Part shown: positions 62,811-64,000 of the stretch, one piece after another
How positions within the stretch are numbered: the first letter of the stretch is position 1
Layout: every line of letters starts with the position of its first letter
NCBI RefSeq assembly: GCF_963921235.1
Contig: NC_086108.1
Span: 19,220,001-19,284,000 of the forward strand
Origin: Mobula hypostoma
Lineage: Eukaryota
DNA length: 64,000 bases
Direction: 5' to 3'
Translations under genes and position numbers: made by a program
The notes under the pieces: generated by a model
What the model was told of the DNA's origin: nothing
Databases searched by the model: none
What the model saw: the letters and a program-made list of their open reading frames with translations, nothing else

Positions 62811-63205
62811 TGTTGCGTGAATGAAATCACCGGAGAGAGTTACTGGTAGATACAAAGCAGCTTCTTTATTCAACAAAACAAGGTACAGCAGGCATCATAC
62901 CTAGACGCTTTCAGTAGAAAGGTCTGCTGGCCCAACATGGGGCTCGATATTTATTTGCTAAGTACAAAGGGCAATCCATATTTACAAAGTATAAACAATG
63001 CTTTCTTTTGAAGCTACATACAAACTTCACACCTTCTGATTACATCTATCCCACCAGCAACAGCAGCGTCTGGACTGGGATCCACAGCTTTTAGGAAAAG
63101 CATTGTTCCAAATTAAATCCACAATACCATATCAAGGAACAGAAGACTGGTAACCAAAGTTATTGGCTAAATGTAAATGACCTAAGCTCTAAAATCACTC
63201 TAACA
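62811..63205 (-). mobile_element. 3' LTR of an LTR retroelement (probable endogenous retrovirus)
   Basis: Minus strand TGTTAG...GCAACA; AATAAA at 62870-62865; immediately preceded by the PPT AAGAGGAGGGAC (63217-63206). Confidence 0.8.
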
Positions 63206-64000
63206 GTCCCTCCTCTTGGCCCTCCTGGACAAAAATAAATTTGTACCAGGAAAGGCCAACCTAGGAGGATCTACTCAAATAGGGCAGCAAAAATGCCCTG
63301 TCTCAAAATTCCTCCCCCGCCCCCAATTTTGTGTACCTCAATATCTACCCTAGCATTCCCGAATCGCTACCTACCAAATGTTAAGCAGACAGGTTGTTCC
63401 AGAAATTTGAACAAGTCTTTGGAAATGTGGCTTCTTTCGTGTGCTCTTTCTCTGCAGGCTGATTGCAGCTTAATCACATTCCTTTGTCTTCAGCTCTTCA
63501 TTCTCTGGTTGCTGAAACTCTTTCCAGGAGCACCCACAGGGCCTCTCATCGATGTACAGGAAGGGGTTGGGGTGGCCTCTATGTAAATGTCTGCAAGGAC
63601 CTCTCCCCAGTGGCACCCCCTTCCGAGCTGTCCAATCACTGGCCCAACTGCTGAAAGGGCCCAGCTCCTCATTCAGACTGGGGGTGACTGCCTTCGGATG
63701 TCGTGTGCAGTCTGAAATGCCATTGAAGTTGTGAAACTTGCTGTCTCTACTCTAACTTAAAAATCCCTCCCCATCTATTTTCCAATCTTTTCTATTATAT
63801 GCTATGAAACTAATCATCTACCTTCAGCAACCAGCCTTCATCACACAGTACCATCTTCACACTTTAACATGCTATTCATGGTTTTCTGTCATTCTCTCAA
63901 TGTCTTCTGCCATGCTGTCAGGGTTTTCTGCCTCTGCGTTTCCTCCAGGTATGTTTTCATCAGCAGTGGTTAGGTCTAGCATGGCCAGCTGGTGTTCCTC
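63206..64000 (-). mobile_element. 3' internal region of the LTR element, running off the window edge
   Basis: An open frame enters at 64000 and ends EEHQLAMLDLTTADENIPGG...TENHE* (~63872). About 650 nt then separate this stop from the PPT. Confidence 0.6.

Overview
Non-coding, repeat-dominated vertebrate DNA. The repeat families (CR1 LINEs with 7-8 bp terminal repeats, Penelope elements, V-SINEs, Rex1/Babar, sushi-type Gypsy) suggest a cartilaginous fish, probably a ray; this is an inference. No intact host protein-coding gene is visible. The first ~7.5 kb is CpG-rich and carries splice-signal-bounded, apparently non-coding minus-strand exons. The dominant structure is a strand-asymmetric satellite built from an 8-bp unit (CTGTGTTC/CTGAGCTC, rich in AGCT). 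It spans ~18.8-55.9 kb, about 15 kb of it satellite and the rest nested transposon insertions. Its locally homogenised higher-order units are all multiples of 8 (40, 48, 48, 56, 88 bp). It sits inside an older, very degenerate ~24-bp A-rich array that resumes on the far side. Inserted into it are a self-priming chromodomain Gypsy element in a partial tandem, a second Gypsy interrupted by a hAT element, a full-length CR1 and a solo LTR, several CR1 fragments, and a Penelope end with an intact minimal hammerhead ribozyme. The right end holds an R4/Dong-like REL element fragment, a Tc1 fragment, and the 3' LTR, PPT and 3' coding end of an LTR retroelement (probable ERV) that runs off the window. 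All coordinates were read by eye.
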